Shown in pieces: positions 16,922 to 26,738 of a stretch of DNA of 38,714 nucleotides. Numbering within the stretch: position 1 is the stretch's first letter; each line of letters opens with the position of its first letter. The stretch lies in the NCBI GenBank assembly GCA_964440635.1, contig CAYTSZ010000001.1:1-38714 (forward strand), in the 5' to 3' direction. The stretch comes from an uncultured bacterium (GTDB lineage Bacteria > T1Sed10-126). The position numbers were made by a program, and so were the translations under genes. The notes under the pieces were generated by a model. That model did not search any database. It saw only the letters and a list, made by a program, of their open reading frames with translations, and was not told where the DNA came from.

Positions 16922-17407
16922 GTGATATTCATGGATAACAGAAGAACCAAAAAAATCATTAATCCGGGTATTCAGGGACGGATACTGGTTCTCGTCCTGG
17001 CCGCGATCATTCTCACTGTTGCAATGATGGGCGGTTTTGTCTGGTTTTGTGTCCAGACGATAGAAAACCTGGCTCAGTCGCATCCTTATATGGATTATGC
17101 AACTATCTCGGAGAATATTCGTTATTTCAGTGTGATGAGTTTCCTGGGAATTTTGACATTGGCAATTTTTTTAATATTGCTCACCGTGCGACTGACTCAC
17201 CGGATGGCAGGACCTATTTTCAGGATAAAAAAAGAGATGGATCAGATGCGCAGCAGCGGGAAGATAAATATTATTTACATTCGTTCGGATGATTTCCATC
17301 AGGATGTCGTGAGATCTATAAACCAGTTTCTTCTGTATTGCCGTAAGAAAAATCGTGACAGAAAATCACTGGCTGAGAGCGAAGTGGAGACTGAAGAGGA
17401 AGCATGA
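16922..17407 (+). CDS. Small two-TM membrane protein with a HAMP-like juxtamembrane motif
   Basis: Two hydrophobic segments are present (ILVLVLAAIILTVAMMGGFVWF and VMSFLGILTLAIFLILLTV), followed by RLTHRMAGPIFRIKKEMDQM. It starts 16 nt after the TPR gene. The ATG at 16931 is an alternative start. Confidence 0.5.
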   Translation: MIFMDNRRTKKIINPGIQGRILVLVLAAIILTVAMMGGFVWFCVQTIENLAQSHPYMDYATISENIRYFSVMSFLGILTLAIFLILLTVRLTHRMAGPIFRIKKEMDQMRSSGKINIIYIRSDDFHQDVVRSINQFLLYCRKKNRDRKSLAESEVETEEEA

Positions 17408-17494
17408 GTAAATAATTTTTGGAAGTAATAGCTTACGGTAGTAAATTATTTATGTTTTTTTCTGAGAATAATACAATCAAGAGGATAAAAGATT

Positions 17495-18151
17495 ATGTTC
17501 AAACATTTTAGAGAAGATTGCAGGGCCGTAAGAGAACGGGATCCGGCAGCCACCTCCTGTTTTGAAATATGGTTTACCTATCCCGGTATTCATGCGCTGG
17601 CCTTCCACCGCTTTGCTTACTGGCTGCATAAGAGTTGTAATTTACATTTTCTGGCCCGGCTTGTTTCACATATTGCGCGTTTTCTCACGGGAATCGAAAT
17701 TCACCCTGCCGCCACTATTGGTCGCGGATTTTTTATTGATCACGGTATGGGAGTTGTAATTGGTGAAACTGCCGAGATTGGTGAGAATGTAACTATTTAC
17801 CAGGGTGTGACGCTGGGTGGAACGGGGAAAGAACGCGGCAAGCGTCATCCCACCATAGAGGATAACGTTGTCATCGGTGCCGGTGCTAAAATACTGGGGG
17901 ATATCACCATCGGCGCCGGGTCAAGAATAGGTTCCGGTTCGGTAGTGATCCACCCGGTGCCGGAAAATTCCACGGTGGTTGGCATACCCGGTCGGGTTGT
18001 CCGCCGGGAAGGAGAGCGGGTACACAGTGTCTCGCTGGACCATACTGATCTTCCGGACCCGGTTATCGATTCCATTGAAACCCTGCAGAAACGGATTGAA
18101 AAATTAGAACATGAACTGCATGAATTTAAAAAAAGTGCAGGCGATAATTAA
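17495..18151 (+). CDS. cysE: Serine O-acetyltransferase
   Basis: The N-terminal region [34 protein letters not shown] is followed by left-handed beta-helix hexapeptide repeats ([26 protein letters not shown]...). Confidence 0.9.
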   Translation: MFKHFREDCRAVRERDPAATSCFEIWFTYPGIHALAFHRFAYWLHKSCNLHFLARLVSHIARFLTGIEIHPAATIGRGFFIDHGMGVVIGETAEIGENVTIYQGVTLGGTGKERGKRHPTIEDNVVIGAGAKILGDITIGAGSRIGSGSVVIHPVPENSTVVGIPGRVVRREGERVHSVSLDHTDLPDPVIDSIETLQKRIEKLEHELHEFKKSAGDN

Positions 18152-18261
18152 TTATCGCCTTTGCGGAGGTCGGAATCGCAGTAGATTCTTATTTCTTCTG
18201 TTTGTTTTAACCAGCCCGCCGGTTAGCAAAATTTATTCAAGGTTCCCCGCCGTCATCAGAG

Positions 18262-19419
18262 GTGATGAATATGACTGATCTTTACTGTGATTACAATGCT
18301 ACGACTCCTCTCTCTGATGAAGTTTTAGCGGCCATGAAACCGTATTTTATTAGGAATTTTGCCAATCCGTCTTCTATTCACAGACCGGGCCAAAAAGCTC
18401 GTAGCGCGGTAGAAGAAGCGCGGGGAATTGTGGCTGAATATCTGGGAGTCAGTCCCCGTCAGGTTGTTTTTACCGCTTCTGGCAGCGAAGCTAACTCTCT
18501 GGCCCTTCTCTCGGCAGTGCGCCCCCCTTATTCCAACAGGAAAATAATTGCCAGCAGCGGCGAGCACCCTTCGGTTTTAAAAGCGCTGCGCTGGTTTGAA
18601 AAGCAGGGGGCTACAGTGATGCTGGCTCCACTGGATCAAAACGGTGCTCCGCCTCTGGAGTGGTTCGAAAAATATATCGATGAAGAGCTGGATCTTGTAA
18701 CAGTTATGGCCGTCAATAACGAAACCGGTGTTATTTATCCGACCCCCGAAGTTGGGAAGTTGTGTAAAGATGCAGAAGTTCATTTTCATTCCGATGCGGT
18801 GCAGGCCCTGGGAAAATGTGAGCTGGATTTTGAAAGTTTTTCAGCCGGCAGTATCAGTCTGAGCGGGCATAAAATCCAGGGCCCCAAGGGAATTGGCGTT
18901 CTAATCACAGCTCCCGATTTTTATCCCGGTCCGCTTGTTTTTGGTCACCAGGAGCAGGGGTTTCGGGGTGGAACGGAGAATGTGCCCGCTATAGTGGGTC
19001 TGGGTGAAGCTATTCGCCGTCTCGATACGGGAAAATTTGTCCGTTTTCGTAAAATCAGAGATAGGTTTGAAAAACAATTGACTGCCGGGCTTGAGAATAT
19101 ATATATTACGGGTAGTAATACTGATAGAATTCCGAACACCACCGCTGTCTTTATTGGAGGTGTGCGGGGGGATGAACTTGTGATCAGGTTGGATCGTGCC
19201 GGCTATGCGCTTTCCACCGGGTCGGCCTGTATGTCCGGAGTAGCCGGTTATTCTGCCGGTATAGAGTCAATACCTCTGCCGTCGGGATTTCAACCGGAAA
19301 ATTTTATAAGGATTTCATTCTCGCCCGCCACCAGCCGCAAGCAAACAGATATGCTGGCCGATAAGCTAATCGCTGTTAGCAAAGAGCTGCGGTCCTATCA
19401 GGAAGGAACCGTCCAATGA
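18262..19419 (+). CDS. Cysteine desulfurase (IscS/NifS class, YrvO-like partner of MnmA)
   Basis: It starts CDYNATTP and has a PLP-lysine motif ([14 protein letters not shown]) and an active-site Cys loop (STGSACMSG). The most likely true start is the ATG at 18271. The stop overlaps the mnmA start. Confidence 0.9.
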   Translation: MMNMTDLYCDYNATTPLSDEVLAAMKPYFIRNFANPSSIHRPGQKARSAVEEARGIVAEYLGVSPRQVVFTASGSEANSLALLSAVRPPYSNRKIIASSGEHPSVLKALRWFEKQGATVMLAPLDQNGAPPLEWFEKYIDEELDLVTVMAVNNETGVIYPTPEVGKLCKDAEVHFHSDAVQALGKCELDFESFSAGSISLSGHKIQGPKGIGVLITAPDFYPGPLVFGHQEQGFRGGTENVPAIVGLGEAIRRLDTGKFVRFRKIRDRFEKQLTAGLENIYITGSNTDRIPNTTAVFIGGVRGDELVIRLDRAGYALSTGSACMSGVAGYSAGIESIPLPSGFQPENFIRISFSPATSRKQTDMLADKLIAVSKELRSYQEGTVQ

Positions 19420-20498
19420 CTGTAGTTGCAATTGGGATGAGCGGTGGGCTGGATTCTTCGGCTGCCGCCCATCTGTTAAAACAGAAAACAAAATTCGATC
19501 TGTTTGGTTTTACGATGCGCATCGGTGCTTACGAAGCTGCGCATGAACGAACCTGCTGTAGCCTGGAGGATCTAAATTCCGCCCGTAATTTGTGTGATCG
19601 TCTGGATATCCCGCATTATACGATTGATGTTGAGAAACAGTTTGGCCGTGCTGTTGTTGAACCGTTTGTCGCCGATTATCTGGCCGGCAGAACCCCGAAT
19701 CCCTGTTCGCTCTGTAATCGGTATATAAAGATGGGTTTCCTCTGGGAAAAGCTTCGCCGCCTGGGGTCTGATTACGTGGCAACCGGCCATTATGTGCGTC
19801 GCGTGGGAACCGGCAGTAAAGTCAAATTTATGCGGGGGGTGGATGAAGCCAAAGATCAGTCCTATTATCTGGCCCTGGTAAAAAAGAAAAATCTCAGCCG
19901 GTTCTTGTTTCCGCTTGGCCATCAAACTAAGGACCAGATACGCGCTTACGCACAAGAAAATGACCTCCCGGCGATTTCCAAACGGGAAAGCCAGTCACTA
20001 TGTTTTGTCCCGGACAGAGAATACAGGGAGTATATTTTGCAGCATACGGAGCATACTCCACAGCCCGGGAAGATAAGAAATGTGGACGGGAAGGTTGTGG
20101 GAGAACACAGTGGTTATGTAAACTATACCGTGGGGCAGAGACGGGGACTGGGTATTGCTCACAGTGAGCCGCTTTATGTCTTGAAGGTTGTTCCTGAAAA
20201 AAATGAATTAATTGTTGGCGAAAAGCATCTTCTCCGTCAAAAATATTTTGAAGTGGAGAAAATTAACTGGCTTGTTGCCCCCCGGAAAAGATGTCAGGTT
20301 CAGATACGTTATAACGGTCGGCCGCTGGACTGTCGTATTCAGGAAAAAAATGGCAGAATGACCGTCAGCTTGAACGAAGAAGCTTATGCCATAGCGGCCG
20401 GTCAGACGGCTGTTTTTTATGAAAATGAACTGTTGCTCGGGGGAGCGCGGATAGATTCGGCTCCTCTGAAAACTGATGGTTCGGATAAATTGAGATGA
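19416..20498 (+). CDS. mnmA: tRNA 2-thiouridine(34) synthase
   Basis: It has the PP-loop GMSGGLDSS, the NPCSLCNR motif and KDQSYYL. It overlaps the upstream desulfurase by 4 nt. Confidence 0.9.
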   Translation: MTVVAIGMSGGLDSSAAAHLLKQKTKFDLFGFTMRIGAYEAAHERTCCSLEDLNSARNLCDRLDIPHYTIDVEKQFGRAVVEPFVADYLAGRTPNPCSLCNRYIKMGFLWEKLRRLGSDYVATGHYVRRVGTGSKVKFMRGVDEAKDQSYYLALVKKKNLSRFLFPLGHQTKDQIRAYAQENDLPAISKRESQSLCFVPDREYREYILQHTEHTPQPGKIRNVDGKVVGEHSGYVNYTVGQRRGLGIAHSEPLYVLKVVPEKNELIVGEKHLLRQKYFEVEKINWLVAPRKRCQVQIRYNGRPLDCRIQEKNGRMTVSLNEEAYAIAAGQTAVFYENELLLGGARIDSAPLKTDGSDKLR

Positions 20499-20511
20499 AG
20501 GTGGTCGCGTA

Positions 20512-21192
20512 ATGTTTAGATTTCCGGAGAGTTCAGATGAACGCGAGCAGCAGATTAAACAGTATCATTCCTGGTTAGTTGATAATAAACAGACTGATGT
20601 TGTTATCCTGGGTGGGGGACCGTCAGCTTTTTGCTGCGGGCTTGAGCTTCTGGAGGAAGATTTTCGTGTACTGGTGATTGATGAATCGGAAACTCCCGGT
20701 GGCCGGTTGACCTGGCAGCATGGTCCGGTTGAAATTATCTCGCCTGCGGATGAATTGCTGGCCGAACTTGGGTTTCCGATATCGGAAAATCCACCACTCT
20801 GGCTGGATCGCCTGCAGTTGCTTTCTTTTTTATGTTACCGGTTTTTTCACAGGGGCGGGCGTATGATGTCCGGAGTGTATATAGAATCAGCCCCGCGAGT
20901 TGAGGAAGATAATGTTGAGATTCATCTTCTGGTTGATGATCGACCGTTTATTGTCACGGCTAAAGATGCCGTGGTGACTCTTCCTGATTTTAATCCTCGG
21001 GTGTCAAATGATAATTATCAGCAGCAGATGAAACAAATGGTTTTAGATACTAAACGCCGAAGCGAAGGTTGGATACAGGCCGGATACCAGGCTCTGCTGC
21101 CAGCAAGCGATTATGAGCACGGTCCCTATGTGAACAGTTGTTTGCTCTCGGGGCGCAAGGCGGCCCATCTTGTTTTTGAGAAGTTGCTTTAG
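20512..21192 (+). CDS. Dinucleotide-binding (Rossmann) protein, divergent and short, Thi4-like
   Basis: It carries DVVILGGGPSAFCCGLELLEEDFRVLVIDESETPGGR (a GXGXXA fold with an acidic end of beta-2). The C-terminal GPYVNSCLLSGRKAAHLVFEKLL resembles the Thi4 C-terminus. The family call is tentative. Confidence 0.4.
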   Translation: MFRFPESSDEREQQIKQYHSWLVDNKQTDVVILGGGPSAFCCGLELLEEDFRVLVIDESETPGGRLTWQHGPVEIISPADELLAELGFPISENPPLWLDRLQLLSFLCYRFFHRGGRMMSGVYIESAPRVEEDNVEIHLLVDDRPFIVTAKDAVVTLPDFNPRVSNDNYQQQMKQMVLDTKRRSEGWIQAGYQALLPASDYEHGPYVNSCLLSGRKAAHLVFEKLL

Positions 21193-21454
21193 CCTGAGTT
21201 GTGTGGTTTTGAAATTGAAGATGTATTTCTTATTTTCTCCCGGTTTCCGGCTGTCTGCGAGGAATAAAGCCAAAAACATGACATGACACAACCTCACCCG
21301 ACGGGTGGGAGGAGACACTATGGCATCCAGAGGAGAGAATGTTATCTTACTTGATATCTGGGTGGATAACAATTATAGTTAAGCCTTTGTTTAAGACTAA
21401 AAATAATGTTTAAAATTTGGAATACTAAAATTTATTTGTATGGAGTGATTTTTT

Positions 21455-22624
21455 GTGAGTATACATGCTGAGCCTATTGTTGCCCACGGTGGTAGACTGG
21501 TTAATAGATTTTTACCCGAAAAAGAAATTGAAGTCTGGGAAGATGAAAAGGACAAGCTTCCTGTTATTGCTATTGATAACAGGCAGGAATCCGACCTGGA
21601 AATGATTGCTATTGGCGCCTACAGCCCGCTGGAAGGTTTTATGGGCAGCGAGGATCATCAATCGGTTCTCAAGGAGATGAAACTGTTGGACGGGACTCCC
21701 TGGCCGATCCCGATAACTCTTTCGGTCAGTGAAGAAAAGGCCGCCGAACTTCCCGAGGAGGGACCGGTTGCTCTGGAAAATGAGCACGGCGAGATGCTGG
21801 CGGTACTTCATTTAAAAGAAAAATTCAGTATTGATAAAGCCGCCCGGTCCCAGGCGGTATTTGGAACCAGGGAAATAGAACATCCGGGTGTCCAAAAAAC
21901 TCAGGAAATGGGCGATGTTTGTCTGGCCGGTCCGGTTGACGTTCTGCGCCATTCCGGTCAGCAACGGTTCCAGCAGTACCGTCTTGAGCCGGCTCAGACC
22001 AGGAAATATTTTAACGAGCAGGGCTGGCAGACGGTTGTTGGTTTTCAGACCAGAAACCCGATTCATCGCGCTCATGAATACCTGGTAAAATGTGCCCTGG
22101 AGACAGTAGACGGTCTGCTGATTCATCCCCTGGTGGGCGAGACAAAGAGTGATGATGTTCCCGCCAGCGTACGGATGGAGTGTTACGAGACTATAGTGGA
22201 TAATTATTTTCCCGACGACCGTGTATTGCTTTCCGTTATGCCCGCCAAAATGAATTACGCCGGGCCCCGGGAAGCCATTCTGCACGCTTTGATTCGGAAA
22301 AATTATGGCTGTACCCACTTTATTGTTGGTCGTGACCATGCAGGTGTGGGGGATTATTATGGCACTTACGAAGCTCAGGAAATATTTTCCGAGTTTGAAC
22401 CCCACGAACTGGGTGTTGAACCCTTATTTTACGATTATGCTTTCTGGTGTGAAGTCTGCGGAAATATTGCTTCCCAGAAGACCTGTCCGCACGGACCCGA
22501 GGACCAGATTTACCTGAGCGGCACCAAAGTCAGGCAGATGTTAAGCGAGGGGAAATCATTGCCTCCGGAATTCAGTCGTCCTGAAATAGCAGAAATTTTG
22601 ATGAAAGCCTATCAGCAAAAATAA
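21455..22624 (+). CDS. sat: Sulfate adenylyltransferase (ATP sulfurylase)
   Basis: It has QTRNPIHRAHEYL and HFIVGRDHAGVG motifs. The start is GTG with GGAG 9 nt upstream. Confidence 0.9.
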   Translation: MSIHAEPIVAHGGRLVNRFLPEKEIEVWEDEKDKLPVIAIDNRQESDLEMIAIGAYSPLEGFMGSEDHQSVLKEMKLLDGTPWPIPITLSVSEEKAAELPEEGPVALENEHGEMLAVLHLKEKFSIDKAARSQAVFGTREIEHPGVQKTQEMGDVCLAGPVDVLRHSGQQRFQQYRLEPAQTRKYFNEQGWQTVVGFQTRNPIHRAHEYLVKCALETVDGLLIHPLVGETKSDDVPASVRMECYETIVDNYFPDDRVLLSVMPAKMNYAGPREAILHALIRKNYGCTHFIVGRDHAGVGDYYGTYEAQEIFSEFEPHELGVEPLFYDYAFWCEVCGNIASQKTCPHGPEDQIYLSGTKVRQMLSEGKSLPPEFSRPEIAEILMKAYQQK

Positions 22625-22647
22625 AAAGAAATTAACGAATTACCGGG

Positions 22648-22683
22648 GAAATCAAACCGATCTTAAAAAATCGGTTTGATTTC
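22648..22683 (+). terminator. Terminator-like hairpin after sat
   Basis: GAAATCAAACCGA-(10 nt)-TCGGTTTGATTTC forms a 13-bp perfect stem 24 nt after the stop. The U-tract is only moderate. Confidence 0.5.
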
Positions 22684-22749
22684 TCACCTGCTTTTTCAAT
22701 TCTTATCTCTTTTAAAATATCGGGTGAGAAAGTACACTAAATAAGCTAT

Positions 22750-22824
22750 GCGCTCGTAGCTCAGCCCGGATAGAGCAGCGGCCTCCTAAGCCGCAGGCCG
22801 GAGGTTCAAATCCTCCCGGGCGCA
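22750..22824 (+). tRNA. tRNA-Arg (anticodon CCT)
   Basis: I folded the cloverleaf by hand. Acceptor stem: GCGCTCG/CGGGCGC with one G:U pair. D stem: GCTC/GAGC. Anticodon stem GCGGC/GCCGC with loop CTCCTAA. T stem GGAGG/CCTCC with loop TTCAAAT. The discriminator is A and no CCA is encoded. Total length is 75 nt. Confidence 0.9.
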
Positions 22825-22888
22825 CTACAACACCTGCAAGCAGCAGGTTGGAAGTTGTGAGTGAAATACCCTGATCCGGCCAGGGAGT

Positions 22889-22908
22889 CTGAGGGAGTAT
22901 TCCCTCAG
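22889..22908 (+). terminator. Hairpin downstream of the tRNA (CTGAGGGA-GTAT-TCCCTCAG)
   Basis: An 8-bp perfect stem followed by GGTTTC. The U-tract is weak. Confidence 0.3.
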
Positions 22909-22987
22909 GGTTTCAGCCAGGCAAAAAGTTCAAAACTATGGTAGTATTTATGAGAAACACAATCTGTGAATCAGCGAGGCGTCTGAA

Positions 22988-23641
22988 ATGTATGATTGTC
23001 ACACACACACTTTTTTTTCTGATGGTGAACTTGGTCCGGCCGAGTTGATTCGCCGTGCAGAAGTTCTGGGCTTGGAAGGTATTGCTATTACTGATCACGT
23101 TGATTCGATTACTCTTGCTCCTTACCTTGAAAAAATGCTTGCCGGTATTGATGAAATTCGTGAAAATGTGGGGATTGAAGTATTGGTGGGATGTGAACTT
23201 ACCCATGTACCACCGTCGCAGATTTCTGCTCTGATTGACCGTGCCCGTTCCCTGGGGGCTGAAATTATAGGTGTTCACGGCGAATCACCCGTGGAGCCGG
23301 TGGCCGAGGGAACTAACCGGGCGGCGCTGGAAACTCCGGAACTTAATTTTCTGGCCCATCCCGGGTTTATTATGGAAAAAGAACTAGAGCTGGCTGCGCG
23401 GAATGACATCTACCTGGAAATTACCGCCCGTGGCGGGCATTCTCTTACCAATGGTTATCTGGTTAGCCGGGCCAGCGAAAAAAACATTGAAAATTTAATT
23501 GTTTCCACCGACGCCCATGCACCTTCCGATTTAATAGATCATCAGACGGCGCTGCAAGTAGTGAAGGGGGCGGGATATTCTCGTCCGGAGGAAATTCTAA
23601 AGAATAATGAAAAATTATTTATGGAGGCTAAGTATGCGTAA
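22988..23641 (+). CDS. PHP-domain phosphoesterase (histidinol-phosphatase-like)
   Basis: The N-terminal MYDCHTHTFFSDGEL is the PHP motif I. Later His/Asp motifs are ITDHV, GVHGE and STDAHAP. Confidence 0.8.
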   Translation: MYDCHTHTFFSDGELGPAELIRRAEVLGLEGIAITDHVDSITLAPYLEKMLAGIDEIRENVGIEVLVGCELTHVPPSQISALIDRARSLGAEIIGVHGESPVEPVAEGTNRAALETPELNFLAHPGFIMEKELELAARNDIYLEITARGGHSLTNGYLVSRASEKNIENLIVSTDAHAPSDLIDHQTALQVVKGAGYSRPEEILKNNEKLFMEAKYA

Positions 23642-24386
23642 AATAAAGATTACATTTGTTGTTTTGTTTTTGATATTGATTTCATTTCCTGCTTTTGCCA
23701 CACCTAAATTTCGGGATGCGATAAATTTTGAGGATAATGAATTTGTTGAAATGGGTAGTCTTGAAATTTTGCATCGTTATCAAAAATATTCCGGTGCGGA
23801 TTCCGATGATCTGGATATGGCAGTGCTGGATTATCAGTTTACCTATGGAGTAATGACCAATTTTGAAGTGGGAGTGAAAATTCCGATTGTCTTCCAGGAA
23901 AATAACGGGCAGGACGAGATAGGGGATATGAGTGTTTCCCAGCGGTTTAAATTTACTGAGGAATCACAATCCGGAGTTGATTTCAGCGGTGGGCTGGAGT
24001 TGATTTTACCCACGGGTGATGAGAAGGAAACCATTATGGGTTCCGATGATCTGGATGCTCGCTTCCATTTGAGCCTGGGTCAAAGTATTGATCAGGATCT
24101 AAGATGGCTTGCTCATCTGGCTTACCGGTTTTACGGTGAAGCCGACAACGATGATCTTTTTGAATACAATACTGCGTTCAGCTATAAGATGTCGCCCAAT
24201 TTTAAATCCATACTGGAGCTTAACGGTAGCAGCGGAGGATATCCGGATTACTCTGAATTGTATATATCCCCGGGTTTTGTTTTCCAGCCCCGGGGGGGTT
24301 TCACGACTACTGTATCAGTTCCGGTTGGGGTGACAAATGATTCCTACGACCATAAGGCTAATTTGCAGCTTGCGATTGAATTTTAA
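23634..24386 (+). CDS. Outer-membrane beta-barrel protein (MetA-pathway/transporter-like OMP)
   Basis: It has a signal peptide (MRKIKITFVVLFLILISFPAFA), alternating beta-strand patterns and a C-terminal LQLAIEF ending in F. GGAGG lies 6 nt upstream of the ATG at 23634; the ORF-track start at 23607 is unlikely. It overlaps the PHP gene stop. Confidence 0.65.
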   Translation: MRKIKITFVVLFLILISFPAFATPKFRDAINFEDNEFVEMGSLEILHRYQKYSGADSDDLDMAVLDYQFTYGVMTNFEVGVKIPIVFQENNGQDEIGDMSVSQRFKFTEESQSGVDFSGGLELILPTGDEKETIMGSDDLDARFHLSLGQSIDQDLRWLAHLAYRFYGEADNDDLFEYNTAFSYKMSPNFKSILELNGSSGGYPDYSELYISPGFVFQPRGGFTTTVSVPVGVTNDSYDHKANLQLAIEF

Positions 24387-24418
24387 AAATATTAGTTTGA
24401 ATTAAAGGGAGAATTAAA

Positions 24419-25048
24419 ATGGACTGGGACGATATAGTCTGGAGATTGAAGAACGAACCTGAGTGGCTGGCACTTGTTTTTTTGCTTGTGGCTGTAGTTG
24501 CCGGAGGAAGTTATTATTATTATCAAAATTATACCGCTGATACTGAGGCCGGTGAATATTTCAACCGGGTTTTTGTTCAGTATGTACAGGCAAATAATAC
24601 GGATGATTACGAACCGGTGATTCAACAATTAAAACGGTTGAGTAATCGTTATGATGACTCAGAATTATATGACAAGATAGTGTATTTCCTGGGTAAAAGT
24701 TATTTTAAAGAGGGGCAGTATAGTGAAGCAATTCAACAGTTTTTAACCATTACCCGCCGCTATCCGGAAAGTTTTTTTTATGACAGTTCACAATTGCATG
24801 CCGGATACTGTTTTTACCAACTGGGGCAACTCAAGCCCGCTCTTAAACATTTTAGCCGTCTGGACGAACTTGATCCGGAAAATCCACTGTGGGTCGAATC
24901 TCAGTGGCAGAAAGCCCTTGTCTACAGGCTGAATGAAGATTATGAGAAAGCTCGCGGGGTTCTCAAAAATATACTTGAAAACTCGCCATCATCTGAATCT
25001 TACTGGTCGAGTCGGGCGCGGGAAATGTTATCGGAACTGGCTGCCTGA
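24419..25048 (+). CDS. Membrane-anchored TPR-repeat protein (YfgM/YbgF-like)
   Basis: One TM helix (WLALVFLLVAVVAGGSYYYY) is followed by TPR-like repeats (GQYSEAIQQFLTITRRYPES, GQLKPALKHFSRLDELDPEN). Confidence 0.6.
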   Translation: MDWDDIVWRLKNEPEWLALVFLLVAVVAGGSYYYYQNYTADTEAGEYFNRVFVQYVQANNTDDYEPVIQQLKRLSNRYDDSELYDKIVYFLGKSYFKEGQYSEAIQQFLTITRRYPESFFYDSSQLHAGYCFYQLGQLKPALKHFSRLDELDPENPLWVESQWQKALVYRLNEDYEKARGVLKNILENSPSSESYWSSRAREMLSELAA

Positions 25049-25054
25049 TAATAG

Positions 25055-26065
25055 ATGCAAAAAATAAGAAACCTGGCTGATATTTTAAAAAAGTTCCCCT
25101 CCTGGATCACAGTTCCTTTGCTGGTGGTTGAAATAATAGTTGTTGTCCTTATGTTAAGCTGGGTTTATTTTACGCGGGCGGTGGGAACGGTGGTTGTCCC
25201 CGATTTAAGGGGTAAAAACTTCGAGGAAGTAAAAAACGATTTATCCTCAAAAGATTTAAATTATCGAACAGAATGGAAAAGTAGTCTCTATACCCCAAAA
25301 AATAAAATCTTGAGCCAGGTACCGGGGCCCGGAACGGAAATAAAAGAAAATCGGCCGGTAACTCTTTTTATCAGTAAGGGTCCACAATACGTTTCTACGC
25401 CCGATTTGCGTGGCCGTTCTTTAATTGAGGCCCGCAGTCTTTTGGAACAAGAAACCTCTGCCGGTGAAAATCCCACCGTCAGCAGTCTGGTTATTGGAAA
25501 TATCGCCCGGGTTTATTCCGACAGACAGCCATCGGAACATATTATAACCCAATCCCCCCCGCCGGGTCGGAAAGTTTTAAGCGGTTCCCGGATTGATGTG
25601 TTGATTAGCAAGGGAGGCTGGCCAAAGCGGACAGTGGTACCTATGCTGGGCGGGAAAAAGTTAGAGAAGGCTGAAAAATTATTATCCGAAGCCGGACTTA
25701 AAAAAGGTTCTGTGAGATATGTTTACAGGCAAAAAGTAAAACCGAATGTCGTTCTCGAACAAACTCCCCCTCCTTCGGTTCTGGTCCGGGAGAATCAGCC
25801 GGTTTCCCTTACAGTAAATCTAAACGAATCGAAGAAAAAACCTGATTTTGTCCGATACACAACCATTCGAATAAATCCGCCACTTGAAGTTTCCCCCGGT
25901 CGTCTCAGGGTGGAACTTGTTGATAGACGCGGCCGGGATGTTATTTTTGAGAACAGTGTTGAACCCGGAGAAAAAGTAGAGTTTTTAACTACTGTTAAAG
26001 GAACCGGAAATCTTATTATTTACTGGAATGACGAATTATACCAATTTCGGCAGTTAAAAAGTTGA
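25055..26065 (+). CDS. PASTA-domain protein without a kinase or transpeptidase domain
   Basis: A short cytoplasmic tail and TM helix (ITVPLLVVEIIVVVLMLSWVYF) are followed by three PASTA-like repeats. These start at VVPDLRGKNFEEVKNDL, TPDLRGRSLIEARSLL and VVPMLGGKKLEKAEKLL. Confidence 0.8.
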   Translation: MQKIRNLADILKKFPSWITVPLLVVEIIVVVLMLSWVYFTRAVGTVVVPDLRGKNFEEVKNDLSSKDLNYRTEWKSSLYTPKNKILSQVPGPGTEIKENRPVTLFISKGPQYVSTPDLRGRSLIEARSLLEQETSAGENPTVSSLVIGNIARVYSDRQPSEHIITQSPPPGRKVLSGSRIDVLISKGGWPKRTVVPMLGGKKLEKAEKLLSEAGLKKGSVRYVYRQKVKPNVVLEQTPPPSVLVRENQPVSLTVNLNESKKKPDFVRYTTIRINPPLEVSPGRLRVELVDRRGRDVIFENSVEPGEKVEFLTTVKGTGNLIIYWNDELYQFRQLKS

Positions 26066-26087
26066 TATATTATGGAGTGTGTTTTTA

Positions 26088-26738
26088 ATGCGTTTGTTTC
26101 CCTCCCTTTTATCCGCAGATTTTTCATCCCTTGAGAAATCAATTTCGCCCCTGGAAAAAGCGGGGTTTAAGGATATGCATCTTGATATTATGGACGGTCA
26201 TTTTGTCCCTAATATATCCTACGGGCCGCCCGTGGTTGAAAGTATTGTGAAAAGATTTCCTGATTTGAACCTGGACGCACATTTGATGATGGATAATCCT
26301 CGCCTGCTATTCGAAAAATTTCTTCAGCTCGGGGTTAAATTGATTTCAATCCACGCTGAAATTGAACCGGATATAAACTGGTTTCAGGAGTGTTGCCGCA
26401 ATTATAATGCCAGCCTGGGACTTGTTTTTAATCCGGACACATCAATCACAGATTATGCGAATAAGATCCGAAAGGTAGATTATGTTCTGTTGATGTCGGT
26501 CCAGCCCGGCTTTGGAGGACAAACTTTCCAACCGGACGTGCTGGAAAAAATTTCCACATTGCGTAGTTACTTCCAGGGTCCGGTGCAGATTGACGGTGGA
26601 ATAAACGCGGAGACAATAAAAATAGCGGCCGGAGCCGGAGTGGACTGGTTTGTGGCCGGCTCGGCAGTTTTTGGAGCCGAAGATCCGGTTGCGGCCGCCA
26701 AAAGTTTACTTAAAGAAGCGGAAGCTGCTGTTTCTTAG
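26088..26738 (+). CDS. rpe: Ribulose-phosphate 3-epimerase
   Basis: It carries MRLFPSLLSADF....HLDIMDGHFVPN....MSVQPGFGGQ...DGGIN motifs. I prefer the ATG at 26088 over the ORF-track GTG at 26079 because of its spacing to GGAG. The stop codon is TAG. Confidence 0.9.
   Translation: MRLFPSLLSADFSSLEKSISPLEKAGFKDMHLDIMDGHFVPNISYGPPVVESIVKRFPDLNLDAHLMMDNPRLLFEKFLQLGVKLISIHAEIEPDINWFQECCRNYNASLGLVFNPDTSITDYANKIRKVDYVLLMSVQPGFGGQTFQPDVLEKISTLRSYFQGPVQIDGGINAETIKIAAGAGVDWFVAGSAVFGAEDPVAAAKSLLKEAEAAVS

Noticed and set aside
21193-21454. Riboswitch (for example SAM-type) in the 262-nt leader of sat
   Set aside because: I could not recognise any conserved riboswitch core, only a weak local hairpin around CCTCACCCGACGGGTGGGAGG. 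The claim is unsupported without a covariance-model scan.
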